Source of the DNA: the human T2T-CHM13v2.0 reference genome, Homo sapiens
Assembly (NCBI RefSeq): GCF_009914755.1
Contig: NC_060934.1
Reading direction: 5' to 3' (one strand)
DNA length: 64,000 nt
In this document: positions 43,290-59,105 of the stretch, piece by piece
Numbering within the stretch: the stretch's first letter is position 1
Layout of the letters: every line of letters begins with the position of its first letter
The notes under the pieces: model-generated
Told to the model about the DNA's origin: nothing
Database searches by the model: none
What the model saw: the letters and a program-made list of their open reading frames with translations, nothing else
Program-made: the position numbers and the translations under genes

Positions 43290-45700
43290 AGAAATAAAAG
43301 GGGATAAAATGTGATGCAAGCAAGAGAGATCTCAAAACTGACTAGGCTGTTTTAAAAACAGCTAAAGAGAACTTTCTGAACTGAGAGAAGTGAAATTTAA
43401 AACTCACTGAACCGATTAATTAGACATGGCTGAAAGCAAAATAATAAATTGGAATATAATTCTGAAGAACTTACCCAGAATGCAGCACAGAGAGAAAATG
43501 AGAAGTAAAATATAAACAATAAGGTAAAAAATACAGAGAATAGAGTAAGTTCATTCAACATACATTTAACAGGAGGAGTTCCTAAAGGAGATAACAGAGC
43601 AAAGGGGGAAGAGCCAATATTAAAAGTGACTGAGACATTTTACAGAATTGACAAAAGATACCAATCCTCAGTTTCAGCAAGCCAAACAAATCCTAAGCAG
43701 AATAATAAAAAGAAACCCACATCTAAACACATTGCGGCAAAGCCTCAGAACACCCAGGACAAAGAAACGATCTTAAAACAGTCTGAGAATAAAAATACAC
43801 AGACCCAGACTGAAAACTGATTCATAGCAGCAACACCAGAAGCCAAGAAAAAGGGACTAATATCTCCAAAATGTTGAGGGAAAAGATTGCTGTGTACCTA
43901 TTTGTGTATCCAGCATAATGATCTTTCAAGTGTGAAAGCAAAGTAATTACATTTAAAGATAAACCAAAGCTGAGAATGTTTATCCCTAATGACTCTCACT
44001 AAAACTTCTGAAAGACACAATTTAGGTAGAAGGAAAATTATCCTAGAAGGTAGGTCTGCAGTTCAAGAAGGAACAGTGATTATTGAAAATGGTAAAAATA
44101 TAAGAATCTAACCATTGGCATTGATTGTATAAAACAACAATGACAGTATGTAAGTTGGGAGAGGATGACTGGACTTAAATTAGGCTTAGATTTTTGTGTT
44201 GTTTGTGAGAAATGTACAGCTACTGATTAAATGTTTCATATGCATATTAAATCTCCTCGGGTATGCACTAAAAGGATAGAGATTAGGGAGGAAATGAAAA
44301 GTGAAGGTAAAAATCCATCTACATGAAGAATGAAAAACATGTCACCAAAAAGCGGTCACATGAAAAAACCCCAAAACGCAATTCAACAGATGATGAAAAC
44401 AGATCAGTAAGTACTATCAATGGAAAATGACTAACTGGGAAAATTAAATGGTACGGCTTGTAAGATTGATTTAAAAACAAGGGAAAGGAAAGGAAATGTA
44501 GCTATGTGGCATTTAATATATAAAGACAAAAGATATTAAAGATTAAAGACATATACTCAATAGTGTGTGTGCCTTTCAACTGGAGAGTACATGTCTTTTT
44601 CAAACACACCTACACCATTAGTTAGAACTGATTGAAATGGAATGGAAAAAATACACCAAGAATGAAAAACACACAAACCAAAACAAAGCTAGTGTAACTA
44701 AATTAATATATGGCAAAATACAAAATAGACTTTAACTAGAAATGAAAAGAATCACTAGAAAAATAATAAAAATTTATCATGTAATCACAAGTGAAGAAAC
44801 AGGAAGTTATAGCCATTCTAAATGTGCAAAACAACAAATAATAACAAAAAGAAAAACCGACAAGGAGAAAGTGACAAATTCATTATCCACCCCAGGGGGC
44901 AGCCATGCTCAGTACTGATAGACCTCCCAAAATCACATGAATTTTGATCCGTCGGATCAGGTATGGATTTGAAATCACAATAGACATACACTCAATGATG
45001 TGTGCCTTTCAACTGGAGAGTACAGATCTTTCCCAAACGCACATACATTAGTTAGGACTGATTGTACAGTAGCCTCAACAAATTTCAAAGAACTGGGATC
45101 ACACAGACCACATATTCTGCCACAACGCAGTTTAGAAAACTACAAAAACTAGAAAAATCCCATCTCTTTGGAAAATTTAAAACATATTTCTGAGCAACCC
45201 ATGTGTCAAGACAAAATTGTAATAGGAAATACAAAAATACTTAGCATTAAATCTTGTTTGACACAGCGTATACTATTTACAAGGAAATGTATAATCTTAA
45301 ATAACTGATACTCGGCCTGAGCATTCAACTTGAGAAATTAAAGAGAACAGAAGAATCTTCTCAATAAAAAGTAAAGACAACATCATATTGAGTTATAAAA
45401 TAAATTCATGTGTAAGCTCATAGGACCCAGAATGGCCTAGATAAGAAGAAACAGGGAAGATTTCCTATCAAGATTTATAAGGTGTGTATTAGGACCAATG
45501 GACTAGAACTGGCCAATGGAACAGTGAGCCCCACACAGTCCAACACATATATGGGAAGTGACATGGCAGAGCTGGCATTGCACCCCAGAGGGGAAGCGGG
45601 GTACTTTCAGTACATGGTATTGGGACCACAGGATAAAAAACATAGATCCCCACTTCCCATCATACACAACAATCAATGCCACGTAGATCAAGGTCCTTTA
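43290..45700 (+). mobile_element. Old L1 (L1M) fragments, sense orientation
   Basis: A-rich; ORF1-like (acccagaatgcagcacagagaga, ggagttcc..aaggaga) and ORF2-like (caaatttcaaagaactg, tggaaaatttaaaaca) remnants. Confidence 0.7.
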
Positions 45701-47379
45701 TTTTCAAGTGACCAGTGTTAGACAAATTGTACAATGGCCCTGCTCCTAACCATGTAATTGTTTTTCTCAGTCTAGGCTCTGAACAAAATCCCTCTTCATC
45801 CAACAAATATTTTCTGTGTGCCAGCTATCTTCCTGCCAATTGTTCTAGGCATGGAATACACCAGTAAACCAAAGACCTCTACCCTTGTGGGGCTTACAGT
45901 CTTGTGGATAATTGACATATAAGGCAGTAGTTATGTATCAGGCACTTTATTAGCCCTGACATACTCATTACATCCTTGATAGACACTACTGTCTCTAAGT
46001 GCCAGAGCTAGGATCTGAAGTAAGTTAGCCTGCCAACTCTCAGAATCCCAGCTAACTACTGTATTACATCTACTGCCTTCCTTATTGCCTTAGTGAAGAA
46101 TGTGCCATGAAATGTTTTTGCTTAAACATGTATGTGATGATCCTAAGACATTGTTATGTGTAATGAATTGACTTTTTTTCTACGGATCTAACGTACTGGA
46201 TAGGTACCATCCATCCTTGGAAGAATTTTGAGAATAGCTACTCAAATCACTTTCTGTGTTGTGTGGTCAGATGAGAAAGCCTGAGTGGGCAGAGATGGTA
46301 CCACTGTGCTCTAGCTTGGGTGACAGAGTGAGACCCTGTCTCAAAAAAACAAAAGTAACAAAAAGTGAGGTACAGTGATTCCACCTTCTGGGGAAGTTTA
46401 ACCATACCTTAAAATCTAATGCTGACTAGGTGAAATTCAGACAATGTCATACATGAGCACCTAGTTTTTTGCTTTGTTCTGTTGGTAGATTTTTACAACT
46501 GCCATCTTCATTCTACTCTCAGAAAGTAAAGGTTTCAAGACATGTTTTGTTTTGTGTCTGTAAGAAAGCATCTTCAGGACCCCATGGTCAACAAATTTGA
46601 CAATCGATAAATCTTTATGTCCAATTCCCAATATTTTCCTTTTGTAACTGCTTCATTGGAAGGTTTGAGCATATATTATACTGTCTAAACCTTCTCCTTG
46701 GCTGGACAAAACTAAGCTTCCTTCTGCTTTGTATTTCCTTCTACTGTCCTAAGATGCTGTTCCAGCTCTCGTGGTATTTAGCTTTCATAGCAGGGATGCT
46801 GGGAGGTCTGTGTAACAGATGCTCTTCCCCTAGTACAACTCCCCTCCTTCCTTCCTTCCTGGGCAGCCAGCTGAGATGCCTGTTACAATTGGCTCCTACT
46901 GTTCTCTGTTGCACAAATCAGTCAGCTAAAGCAGCCCTGCTGGTGTCGTACGGTTTAACCTTGCTACAGTGAAATGGCAAGTAGGGACATTTGATTGTCT
47001 TGCATACGAATCCAGGGATCTGACATTTTGTAGCAAAAAGCTCATCAAAAACGACCAGAGGAAAAGATAATCCTGCCATTCTACCTAATATCAGTCACAA
47101 AATGAACTCCAGCACATGAAAACGAACTTTAAGCCTACTAGAAAACAAATATATACCATATGTCTGTGGATAGGGAAGTATTTTTTAGCGGTTCTCAAAA
47201 TACACATATAAAAGCCAACAAATGGGGATAAATAAAATTTAAAACTATGCAAAGAAACACCTGAAACAAAGTTTAAAAACTATAGACTGAAAGAGGGGAT
47301 TTGAAATTAAGATTAGTATCCAAATCTTGTAAAGATCTGTGAGGAAAAAAACAACAGAAATATGATCAAAGGTTCACAT

Positions 47380-47689
47380 AGCTGGACGCAATGGCTCATG
47401 CCTGTAATCCCAGCACGTTGGGAGGCTGAGGCGGGAGGACTCCCTGAGCTCAGGAGTTCAAGACCAGCCTGTCCAACATGGTGAAACCCCGTCTCTACTA
47501 AAAATACAAAAAATTAGCCAGGTGTGATGGCGCGTGGCTGTAATCTCAGTTACGCGGAAGACTGAGGCAGGAGAATTGCTTGAATCTGGGAGGTGGAGGT
47601 TGCAGTGAGCTGAGATCACGCCACTTCACTCCAGCCTGGTGACAGAGCGAGACTGTGTCGTCACCAAAAAAAAAAAAAAAAAAAAAAAA
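47380..47689 (+). mobile_element. Alu (AluS-type)
   Basis: Alu consensus with poly(A). Confidence 0.92.
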
Positions 47690-47926
47690 CAACTTAGTTG
47701 GAAACCAGAATAGCCAATGAACATCTGAAACGTGGTCTCTGCCCTAGTAATGCAGGAAATGTAAACCAGTGAGAGATCTCACACCCATCAACTTTGTTTT
47801 AAAAACAAAATTTTTAAACACTGACAGTACCCTACTGTCCTTGAGGAAGTGAAGAGATGAGAATCCTCGTACACTGCCGGCGAACTCTGGAGATTAATTT
47901 GACAAAACCTAGTAAAGCTGCAATGT

Positions 47927-48055
47927 GCCAGGTCGGTGCAGTGGCTCACACCTGTAATCGCAGCACTTTGGGAGACCAAGACAGGCAAATCGCTTGAGCC
48001 CAGGCATTTGAGACCAGCCTGGGCAACATGATGAAACCTGGTCTCTACAAAAAAA
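47927..48055 (+). mobile_element. FLAM/Alu left monomer
   Basis: Single Alu arm. Confidence 0.82.
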
Positions 48056-49063
48056 TACACAAAGTAGAATCCAATTTAAATTATATTCAGTTAAGTCAAG
48101 GATGTCCATGAAAAGAACATATAAATATGCTAATAGGAGGAAATGGTATAATAAAAATATTAATCCAAAAGAGGCAAGAAACAAGAGAAAAGGGTAGGTA
48201 AAATGCCCTGGTCATGGAGAAAATGAATGGTTCAGCTGTAGATGTGAATCCAAACACATAAATAATCATATTAAATGTAACTGGGTTACATATTCCAACT
48301 AAGAGACTATGTTTAAAGAAAATCTATATGCTGTTATGAGAAAAATACAAAAGGATTAATACGGATGGAAATGATGTATTATGCAAATACTAACCAAAAG
48401 TAACTAATATAGCTACATTAATATATAAAATAAGGCAATAAAGCTTTGGTTGAGACTCATTATGAAGGACATTTCATAATAGAAGGGTCAATCTACCACA
48501 AAGACGTAACAATTCTAAATTTATGTTCACTTAGTAAACTAACTTCAAAATAAAAGATTGACATAAAAGATATGCAAATCTACATTCATATCATAATATT
48601 CTATCACTTCTCAGGAACTGGTAAGAGCCAGGGAAGAAATCTATAATGATCTAGATCTGTAAAACATGATTAAATTTGACCTAATACACCAAATAAAAAG
48701 CATCCAGTAAGGATAGAAACATATTCTTTTCAAGTAGACGTGTTATTTCTCAAAATTGACCATATAGTGGGGTCAAAATGGATGTCTCAATTTCAAATGT
48801 ATGTTTAATGATAATGTAACATTATGCTGGAGTCAACATAACCAGAAAGTTTTCAAATGTTTGGAAATTAAGCAATACATTGCTAAATAACTCACAGGTT
48901 AAAGAAAAAAATCAGAATGCAAACTAGAAAGCATTTTGAAATGAATGATAATAAAAATACAGCATATAGCCTTAAAATGAAGATATTAGAAAACAACTAA
49001 AAATCAATTTTCCAAGCAATCGTCTCAAGAAATTAAAAAGTCGAGCAAATTATAGCCAAAGAA

Positions 49064-49330
49064 AGGTTGGGCGTGGTGACTCATGCCGGTAATCCCAGTA
49101 CTTTGGGAGGCCAAGGCGGGCGGATCGCTTGAGCCTCGGAGTTTGAGATGAGCCTGGGCAACATGGAGAAAGCCCATCTCTACAAAAAATACAAAAAAAA
49201 AAAAGTTAGCTGGGCATGGTGGCATGTGCCTGTCAGTCGCAGCTCTGCAGTGAACTGTGATGATCGTACCACTGTACTCCAGCCTGGGCAATAGACTGAT
49301 AGTGAGACTCTCTCTCAAAAGAAAAAAAAA
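49064..49330 (+). mobile_element. Alu (AluJ-type) with an internal deletion
   Basis: Alu consensus with a shortened right arm. Confidence 0.85.
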
Positions 49331-50374
49331 TATAGAAAAAATGAGGAGCAAGAACAAATAATATAAAACTATTTGAGCCTTGAAAGTAACTTTTAAAACA
49401 TATAAGTAAAAAGTGTTTTTGACACTTTTAATAATACACTGCAAGAACTCCCCCTCATGTAAACTAAGGGAAGTGTGTGCTTTGTTTTGTTCAAAACTTT
49501 AAAAGCAGAGCATGACTCCTAGTAAAATCTCATCGCCAGCAGCAAACTATTCATGGTACCATCTCCATGTGTAGTTACCATTGTTAGTGACTCTATATAC
49601 TGGAGCAAACATCTGACTATTCCATTATATTATTTTCATGATGTAGTTGTACCTGAGCATTTGCATATTGAAAAATTTATTTTATTATAAATCACTTTCA
49701 TTTTTCTTTTATAATAGGGGATTATGGTCTATATCATAACATACTCAATGTAAAGTTATATTTAGATATATTATGAATTTCATGATGGTAAAGGGGAAAT
49801 CTCAAAATACTTTTAAGAAAGTATCATGTTTGACAGTTGACAATCTCTGGATTTGATGACTGTTAAGGTCCTTCTCAGCCTTAACAGTCTGAGATTTTTT
49901 TGTAACCATTACTTCCAACAATAGCTTTGTTCTATTTTGAAACTAGTGTGTGGCAGGCACTGTAAGTGGAACAGTATCTCATTTAAATCTAATCACCCTT
50001 ATAATAGGTAGTGTTACTGTAACTAACTGTTTATATGAGAAAACAAATTCAGAGAAGTTAAATAATGTGTTCAAGTTCACATACCTAGGTAGAGCTGGAC
50101 TGACTCCAAACTCATGTTCGTTTCACTCACGAAAAGAACATTAACATAACATACATTACTTTACCTAGAAGAGTTAAACACTATCAGTCAACAAGTGAGG
50201 TTAGGCTAATGTAAGCATCTGTAAGAAAGAGTCTCTACCCACCACAGCAAGAAAGAGGAGAAGATGGAATGTATAAATATAGTAGGCACCTTTTTAAAGT
50301 CAGGACCAATTAATCATGTAAGGTAGTTATAAATGGATGACATCTAAAAATATATCAGAATAAGTTTCAAGCCA

Positions 50375-51179
50375 TGCAAAATTCACCAAAACAATTTTTA
50401 TTTCCAGTGTTTAATTGGGTATGCACACAGGCATGACACAGGTTTGGATTCATTAAGTCCTCATGCAGAATTATATTCTTCTCGATAAAGAAGCCAGTTC
50501 CATCCAGGATCCACTATCTACACACCTATGTTACAACATTATATCAAATCTGGTATCTGAAGAAAAGATACACATTTAATATGTTCATTTAAGTTACGTA
50601 TTTTACAGAAAGATTAAAAATTCAAGTCACACAAAACTCAAAAACTGTATTAAAAGTTTGAATATAAAACTCAGATCCACCTGGAATGACTAAAGAATGG
50701 AAGTTCTGTATCCACCTGTGTTAAAACTGGTAAATGTAATGATATCTGTTACCAATAAAACGCATTCGTTTATTCAATGTAAGTAAGTTATCTAATTTTA
50801 ACAATATGGCACCCTAAAAACCAACTGTATTTTTATGATGAGGCACTTTTGTTAGTGATGAAACCAAAAGAACAAATTTGCTGCACACTGATGCCAGCGA
50901 TTTTCTTCAGTGATTTTGGGTATATGCTATGTAGTAAGTTGCAACAAATACCTTGCTCATTTGTATACAACTATCCGATATATTTTTAAATATATATATA
51001 TATATATATGTTCTTCTGGCTGTAGTAATGCACTGTAAAGCTATTTCACAGTGCAAAATGATGAAACCAGCCCAAATGAAGGCTGCATAATAACAATTCT
51101 GATACAAGAAAATATTGACAGAGTTACTGGAACGTGTAACAGTAGTTTTTTTACTTGCTAGAGTGGACATACCCCCAGT
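50375..51179 (-). other. ARHGAP21: ARHGAP21 3'UTR
   Basis: AU-rich sequence after the stop; minus-strand AATAAA at 50769-50774 and 50397-50402, ATTAAA at 50410-50415; (TA)n near 50990-51010. Confidence 0.78.
50397..50402 (-). terminator. Distal polyadenylation signal of ARHGAP21
   Basis: TTTATT on the + strand (AATAAA on -) with an adjacent ATTAAA. Confidence 0.65.
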
Positions 51180-52958
<1,779 letters not shown>

Positions 52959-53533
52959 TTATCAAATTATATCTACTAAAGCTCTGGAAGCATTAACAGT
53001 GCAATTAGCTTTTTTTTTAATACCTCTTTTTACCTTGAACCAAAGTCAAATTTTTATTTAATGAGTCCAATTTCTTGCCTCGTGGTATTTAACTGCCAAG
53101 CCACAGCTCATACACATCTGCCTTTCAGGAAAATAGTCTGTGCTTAGTGCTGATTCCTATCAAAATCCCCCAAACACCTGACCTTCCCTCCTTCCACAGT
53201 GCCCAGGCATTCTTCACTTCCTTCATTTGGAATAGAGGCATGGGATAGGTAAAACAATATTGTGACACGGTCAAACATCATATTCTGATATAGGTTATTA
53301 AACATCACATTCTGATATAGGTTATTAAATGTTTATGACTGACTTTGATTTTTCTAATTACAGGTACCACATGATATAGATACTGTATCAGATAAGCTCA
53401 TTGAGATAAGGGAACTCTGGTCTTCCATTAGTTCATTCAGGCAGGATCTTCAAGGATCTGCCTTAAGTAAATCAGGTTGGTAATGTCTTCATTTATCTCA
53501 AGGTAACAATGGAATTAGAATATTCAAAAAACA

Positions 53534-53800
53534 GGCCAGGTGTGGTGGCTCATGCCTGTAATCCCAGCACTTTGGGAGGCTGAGGCGGGCAGATTGCTCG
53601 AGCCCAGAAGTTCGAGATCAGCCTAGGGAACATGGTGAAGGCCTGTCTCTACAAAAAATTAAGTGGGCATGGTGGCACGCACCTGTGGTCCTGGCTACTT
53701 GGGAGGCCGAGGTCAGAGGATCACCTGAGCCTGGGGAAGTCAAGGCTGCAGTGAGCATGAGGGTACCATTGCACTCCAGCCTGGGTGACAGAGTGAGAAC
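53534..53800 (+). mobile_element. Alu (AluJ-type) in the last ARHGAP21 intron
   Basis: Alu consensus. Confidence 0.88.
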
Positions 53801-53929
53801 CCACCCCAGGAAGGTAGAAAGGAAAGATCAATTAACATAAGTACAATTAAATCCTTACCACAGAAACACTGTAGTGCAGTGTTATTGGGAAAGTTATTTG
53901 CTATGTATAATAGGTTCTTTTAAAAAAAA

Positions 53930-54050
53930 TTTTTTAAGATGGAGTTTCACCATGTTGCCCAGGCTGGTCTAGAAGCCTTAGTCTCAAGCTATCCTCCCAC
54001 CTCAGCCTCCCAAAGTGCCAGGATTTACAGGCATGAGCCACTGCATCTAG
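53930..54050 (-). mobile_element. FLAM/Alu monomer, antisense
   Basis: Reverse Alu left arm. Confidence 0.8.
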
Positions 54051-55115
54051 ATATAATAGGTTCTTGATTGCAACTATTAGTTTCTTCCTAAATATCTGCT
54101 GGTTTACCACACACTTTTTAAGACAAGCAGGTAGGCAGGAGGTATGCTGAGTAATAGAAACAGACAGTATATTTCTCTATTGCCTGCAAATCTTAGACAA
54201 GTTAAAACTGCTCTATTTAAAGTCTTAAAGTAAAAATTTAGGCTGTTCTATCAAAGAATTTAGGCTGTTCTATCAAAAATTCGCTAAGATGAAATCACAG
54301 ATGAACAGAACTTTGTTTTTACAAGTTATAAAGACTTTCATAATTATCCAGCACATTTCTAATGGTTATTTACATTTCCCCACATTGTGCTGAAGACTGT
54401 AGGGGATAATGGTTGTGACTGGGCTCTCAATTGGGAGACCTTGATGTCCATCCTCTCTAGCTTGCTGGGTACGAGCAAGGGATTCACTTTTAAACATCTC
54501 AATTCCGTGGCGAGAAGCAATTAGATTATACTGTCTTTCAGATTTCCTTAAGGTTCTCTTTACAATTCTATGATCATATATGTGTTGAGGCAAATTACTC
54601 TACTTTTCTACAGAGACTGTTTGTTAGAAGTAGTTAATCATGTCATTGGGATATCCACTATATTACAGGCATAGCATAACACCACTATGGATAAGATGAA
54701 AAGGCTACTGTAATAACAGGTTAAGAAAAATGCATCTAGAGAAGGGAAAAGCAGGGATTTCAAACAGGTCTCTCTGGTTTAAAATCTCATCTGCTGGCAA
54801 CAGAGTTAAGGAAACTGTTCTAGATTAAAGAAGTCTAAAGAGATTTGACAAAGAAATGCAAGGAATGATCCTTGACTGCATTCTGTATAAGGAAGTAAAG
54901 AATATTACTGGGACAATCTGTATAAAAACTGCACATTAGATAATAATGTGTTGTACTTACCTCAGTTTCCTGAGTATGAAAATTACACTGTAATTATATA
55001 GGAGAATGCCCCAGTTCTCTGGTGATACATGCTGAAGTATTTAGGAGTAGTGTTATCTCTACAAGTAACTATCAAATGATTCAGAACAAAAGTGTGAATT
55101 TACAATTGATGAATC

Positions 55116-55191
55116 TAGGGTAAAGGATTTGGGTGCTATTATTTTAGCAGCTTTAGGGTAAAGGATTTGGGTGCTATTATTTTAGCAGCTT
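55116..55191 (+). repeat. Perfect 38-bp tandem duplication inside an L1MC-like 3' end
   Basis: tagggtaaaggatttgggtgctattattttagcagctt x2. Confidence 0.92.
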
Positions 55192-56038
55192 TTCTGTAGG
55201 TTTAACATTTTTCAAGATAAAAAGCTGGGCAAAAAGATAAACATCACAAGTAATAGAGACATGATAAAGCATTTTTGTAAGAATTATAATTTAATCATAT
55301 GGAGTCCTGTTATGATATTTAAACATGATATGTAAAATTCATGTCTCATTACAAAATATAACAATGTTTTAAGAAGTCTGACAATTCCAGTTGCTACTGC
55401 CTCAACAGTGCAAAATTTAGATCCACTGACTTGACAAAAAACTTTCTAAGAACTATAAATGTCCCACAAACTACTCAAAAAGTTGTGTAATTGAGGGAAC
55501 ACAGATTGTGTAAAAATATTATTTAAAAAATTAGTGATTTCACTGAAAAGGCAAGACTATACTGTCTGTAAAAATGCATAACAAAAAATTGGTATTTCTG
55601 AAATATTTACAGATGATATGATGCTTGGGATTTGTGTAAAGATGGTCCTAGAGGGAGGGAAGCAGGTGGCGTACAGAGCAAACGGAGTCGGCCGAGTGCT
55701 GATAATTACTGGAGATGAAGATGGGTGCAGGGAGGCTTCTCATTTTATTATTCACTTCTGTATATGTTAGGACCTAATTTTCACATTAAAGAATGGCCTA
55801 GTTCTTTGTATTATGCTAAAACTGCACAATGAGAAGAATATGAACTTTTGAGTTCTTATTCCAACTCAAAATCTAGTATTATTCTTATCATATATTGTTT
55901 TAGGAATTAATTTTTTGATTATACTTTGTTGCTCTGTCTCATTAGACATAGAGAGGAATGCATTTGTATATCAACCATAACAATCAGCCGAAAAACAATT
56001 CCCCCCTAAAATATTTCAAATTGTATGAAACAATTTAC

Positions 56039-56070
56039 CTTAGATTTTGTTGAGTCACTAGTAGCTGAAT
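56039..56070 (-). CDS. ARHGAP21: ARHGAP21 32-nt exon ((D)SATSDSTKSK)
   Basis: tttttcacag| acceptor and AAG|gtaaat donor; converts phase 1 to 0, which is needed to join 57993 to 52874. Confidence 0.9.
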
Positions 56071-57963
56071 CTGTGAAAAATTAAATAAAACATGGTCAGT
56101 ATTAGCCAATCTTTACTGCTTTCCACAAACAATGCAAAACTTATGGAAAGACAGGCACAGAACAAAATGTGAAAGCAAAACTCAAAACAATAGAACACAG
56201 TGGATAGTCAGAGCTCACAAAGATGCAAGCTGCACCACAGAAAGCCACCGCCATGAAAGGATGCTGTGAATTGTAGGCAGAACCAGCTCAATGATAGAAA
56301 TGGCAAAGGAGCCCTGTGCTAAACAAAAACAGAAACACTCGTGTTTATTAGACTTTCTAAATATTAAATCTAGCAATAAAGAAGCTTCAGGACAGTGTAA
56401 TAATTTTCTTTTTTAATGTACCACATCCTGTATCTGAGACTGATACACAATGTAGAACTTTGAAGAGTGTTGGCCGCCCTAGCTACAATTGAGACACTCA
56501 TACTGGCATGTTTATGTTGATTTTTGTCAGACTTAAATTTTCTGAGCATTATGCTGTATGCGTATGGATGCAAAAGAGGCATTAAGATAATCTTGCTTCC
56601 AGGTCACTTTGGTTTTACATTAAATAATGTTTATCTTTGTGCTTCAGACCCCAGTTCCATAGCAGTGCAGTTAAGGGATCCTTTTGACTAGTTTGGTTAA
56701 ATTGCTACCAGTTTTGCAATTATCTATTAACAAATGCTGTTATGGAAATGGAAAAATGGAGACCATAATTTTACTGTCTGGCAAAAACTCAGATTATACA
56801 ATTATAAAGAGGGTAGGAAGGGGCTAGCAATATTCAGGATAATACCAATTTTGAAGTTTCATCTTTCAACATTAGGGAAATTGGTTTTCAGAATTAATGA
56901 GCTGAGCCCCATGCCACGCCCCTTTTAACACATGGCTAAATGCTTTATGACTTTAAGAACTGGTAGACCATACCATGCTATTTCTCCTCAGGGTCTGCTT
57001 CAGAAATAACAAGAAACAGCAGAAAAACTTTTAAGAAAGTAGTATTGATCTGTTTACAATAATCTTATGAGAAACTTTACACCACAGATCAACTATGTTT
57101 GCATTTACAAGAATCGGGGGTTTCTGCAGACAAGGCAGCTACAGTGTGGACAACAGTCCTCCTTCTTCCTACAGTTCCAGCTGTCCATCAGGGACATCAC
57201 AGAATCCACTAGTGACATTACCGTGTGATAGACTCCTCCCACTTCGCCTGTTCAACATCAGTATAGATTTGCCTGTGTCAGTAAGAGCTGAAAAAACCCT
57301 TTAGGACTAAAACAAGAACTAGAGACAAAGGGAGAACATTGTGTAAAACAACATGCTAGATTAGTGCAACAGTTTGGCAGGAGAAAGTTTTCATCAAAAG
57401 AGCCTAGAAGAACTAATACTTAACCAAGCATTAGGGTGGCAACAGGAAACAGAAGAAAATAAATGTCAAATAGGCTGGCTTTTTACTGTGACAAATAATA
57501 CACTGTATTTATGAAAATGTATTTATGAAAATGGTGCCCATTACCAGTTCAACAGATTTAACTTGCTGCTTTTAAACAGAACTCCTGGCTCAAGAATAAG
57601 AACTACTTATACAGCCCAGATCATACTTTCTGCCATCACAGCAACCACATACTCAGTAGCATATATCTGTTTTACCTTGTGATGACTATTACATGGAAAC
57701 TGTGAATTAAAAAAAAAAAAAAAAAAAAGAACAAAACAGTGGTTTGCATGCTCATTTCCCTCATAGTTCCATTCTGACAAACATTACAACTGCATGCACT
57801 GCCAATGGCATTAGAGTCACTGGAAGATAATTCAGATCAATTGGAAAAGGAAGATTAAGGTTTTTTATTAGTAGAAAGGAAGAGAAAAAGAAAAAAATCA
57901 TAAGTAACAATTCACTATGATTGATTTGCTCTTTCATATTGTAAGAATGTAGCTTTCAGCCTA

Positions 57964-58098
<135 letters not shown>

Positions 58099-58409
58099 CT
58101 ATGGTTAATAAACAAAGATCTCTTCATCATCTCTTCAAAGATACTTTCTTTAAAATTTAAACAACATTTAGTAAAAGACACATTACTAAGTAAAGCACCT
58201 GTGCTTAATGTGTTTACATTGTTTACGCATAATTAACTGCAAAATAAGCACCGTACTTGTATATTCATTAGATCAGAAACTGAGCTAGAGACCTGCTTCC
58301 GGGGCGCAAAGCGGACAATAGCAAAGCAGGAAGTTGACATTGTTGGCGCGCCAGGATCTTGTGTCCCAAATGAAACTACTGAGTACAAATGCTGACAGAC
58401 AATACTTAC

Positions 58410-58451
58410 AAGAGGCTCTTCAGCACCTTCTTCTGTGAAAAACCAGTCATG
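58410..58451 (-). CDS. ARHGAP21: ARHGAP21 42-nt exon (HDWFFTEEGAEEPL), end of RhoGAP domain
   Basis: aattttag| acceptor and CTT|gtaagt donor. Confidence 0.92.
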
Positions 58452-58495
58452 CTAAAATTTAAAAAAGGTGAGAAGAGAAATTAAACAAGCCTTTA

Positions 58496-58897
<402 letters not shown>

Positions 58898-58924
58898 TTA
58901 AAAAAATAATGCTTTCTAGCAAGA

Positions 58925-59105
58925 TTTTTTTTTTTTTTTTTTTTTTTTCTGAGACAGGGTCTCACGTTCACCCAGGCTGCAGTGCAGTGGCATGATCACA
59001 GCTTACTGCACTCTCGATAGAATCTTATTATGTTGCCAAGGCAGGTCTCGAAATCGTGGACTCAAGCAGTTCTCCAGCCTCAAGTGTCAGCCACCACAAG
59101 TGGCC
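58925..59105 (-). mobile_element. Degenerate Alu, antisense
   Basis: Poly(T) plus gagacagggtctcac..cccaggctg. Confidence 0.8.

Larger units (their letters stand above)
47020..49060 (+). mobile_element. Old L1 (L1M) fragments, sense, interrupted by Alus
   Basis: A-rich L1 ORF2/3' remnants (atgcaaatactaaccaaaag, aaaattgaccatat, ggaaattaagcaatac). Confidence 0.7.

Noticed and set aside
44886-44903. CTCF-like ACCCCAGGGGGCAG
   Set aside because: Two mismatches in the core 5' half and located in an L1 remnant
56370-56582. Additional exon candidates in the 70-aa minus-strand ORF
   Set aside because: The acceptors I tested give early stops in the ARHGAP21 frame and the donors are weak
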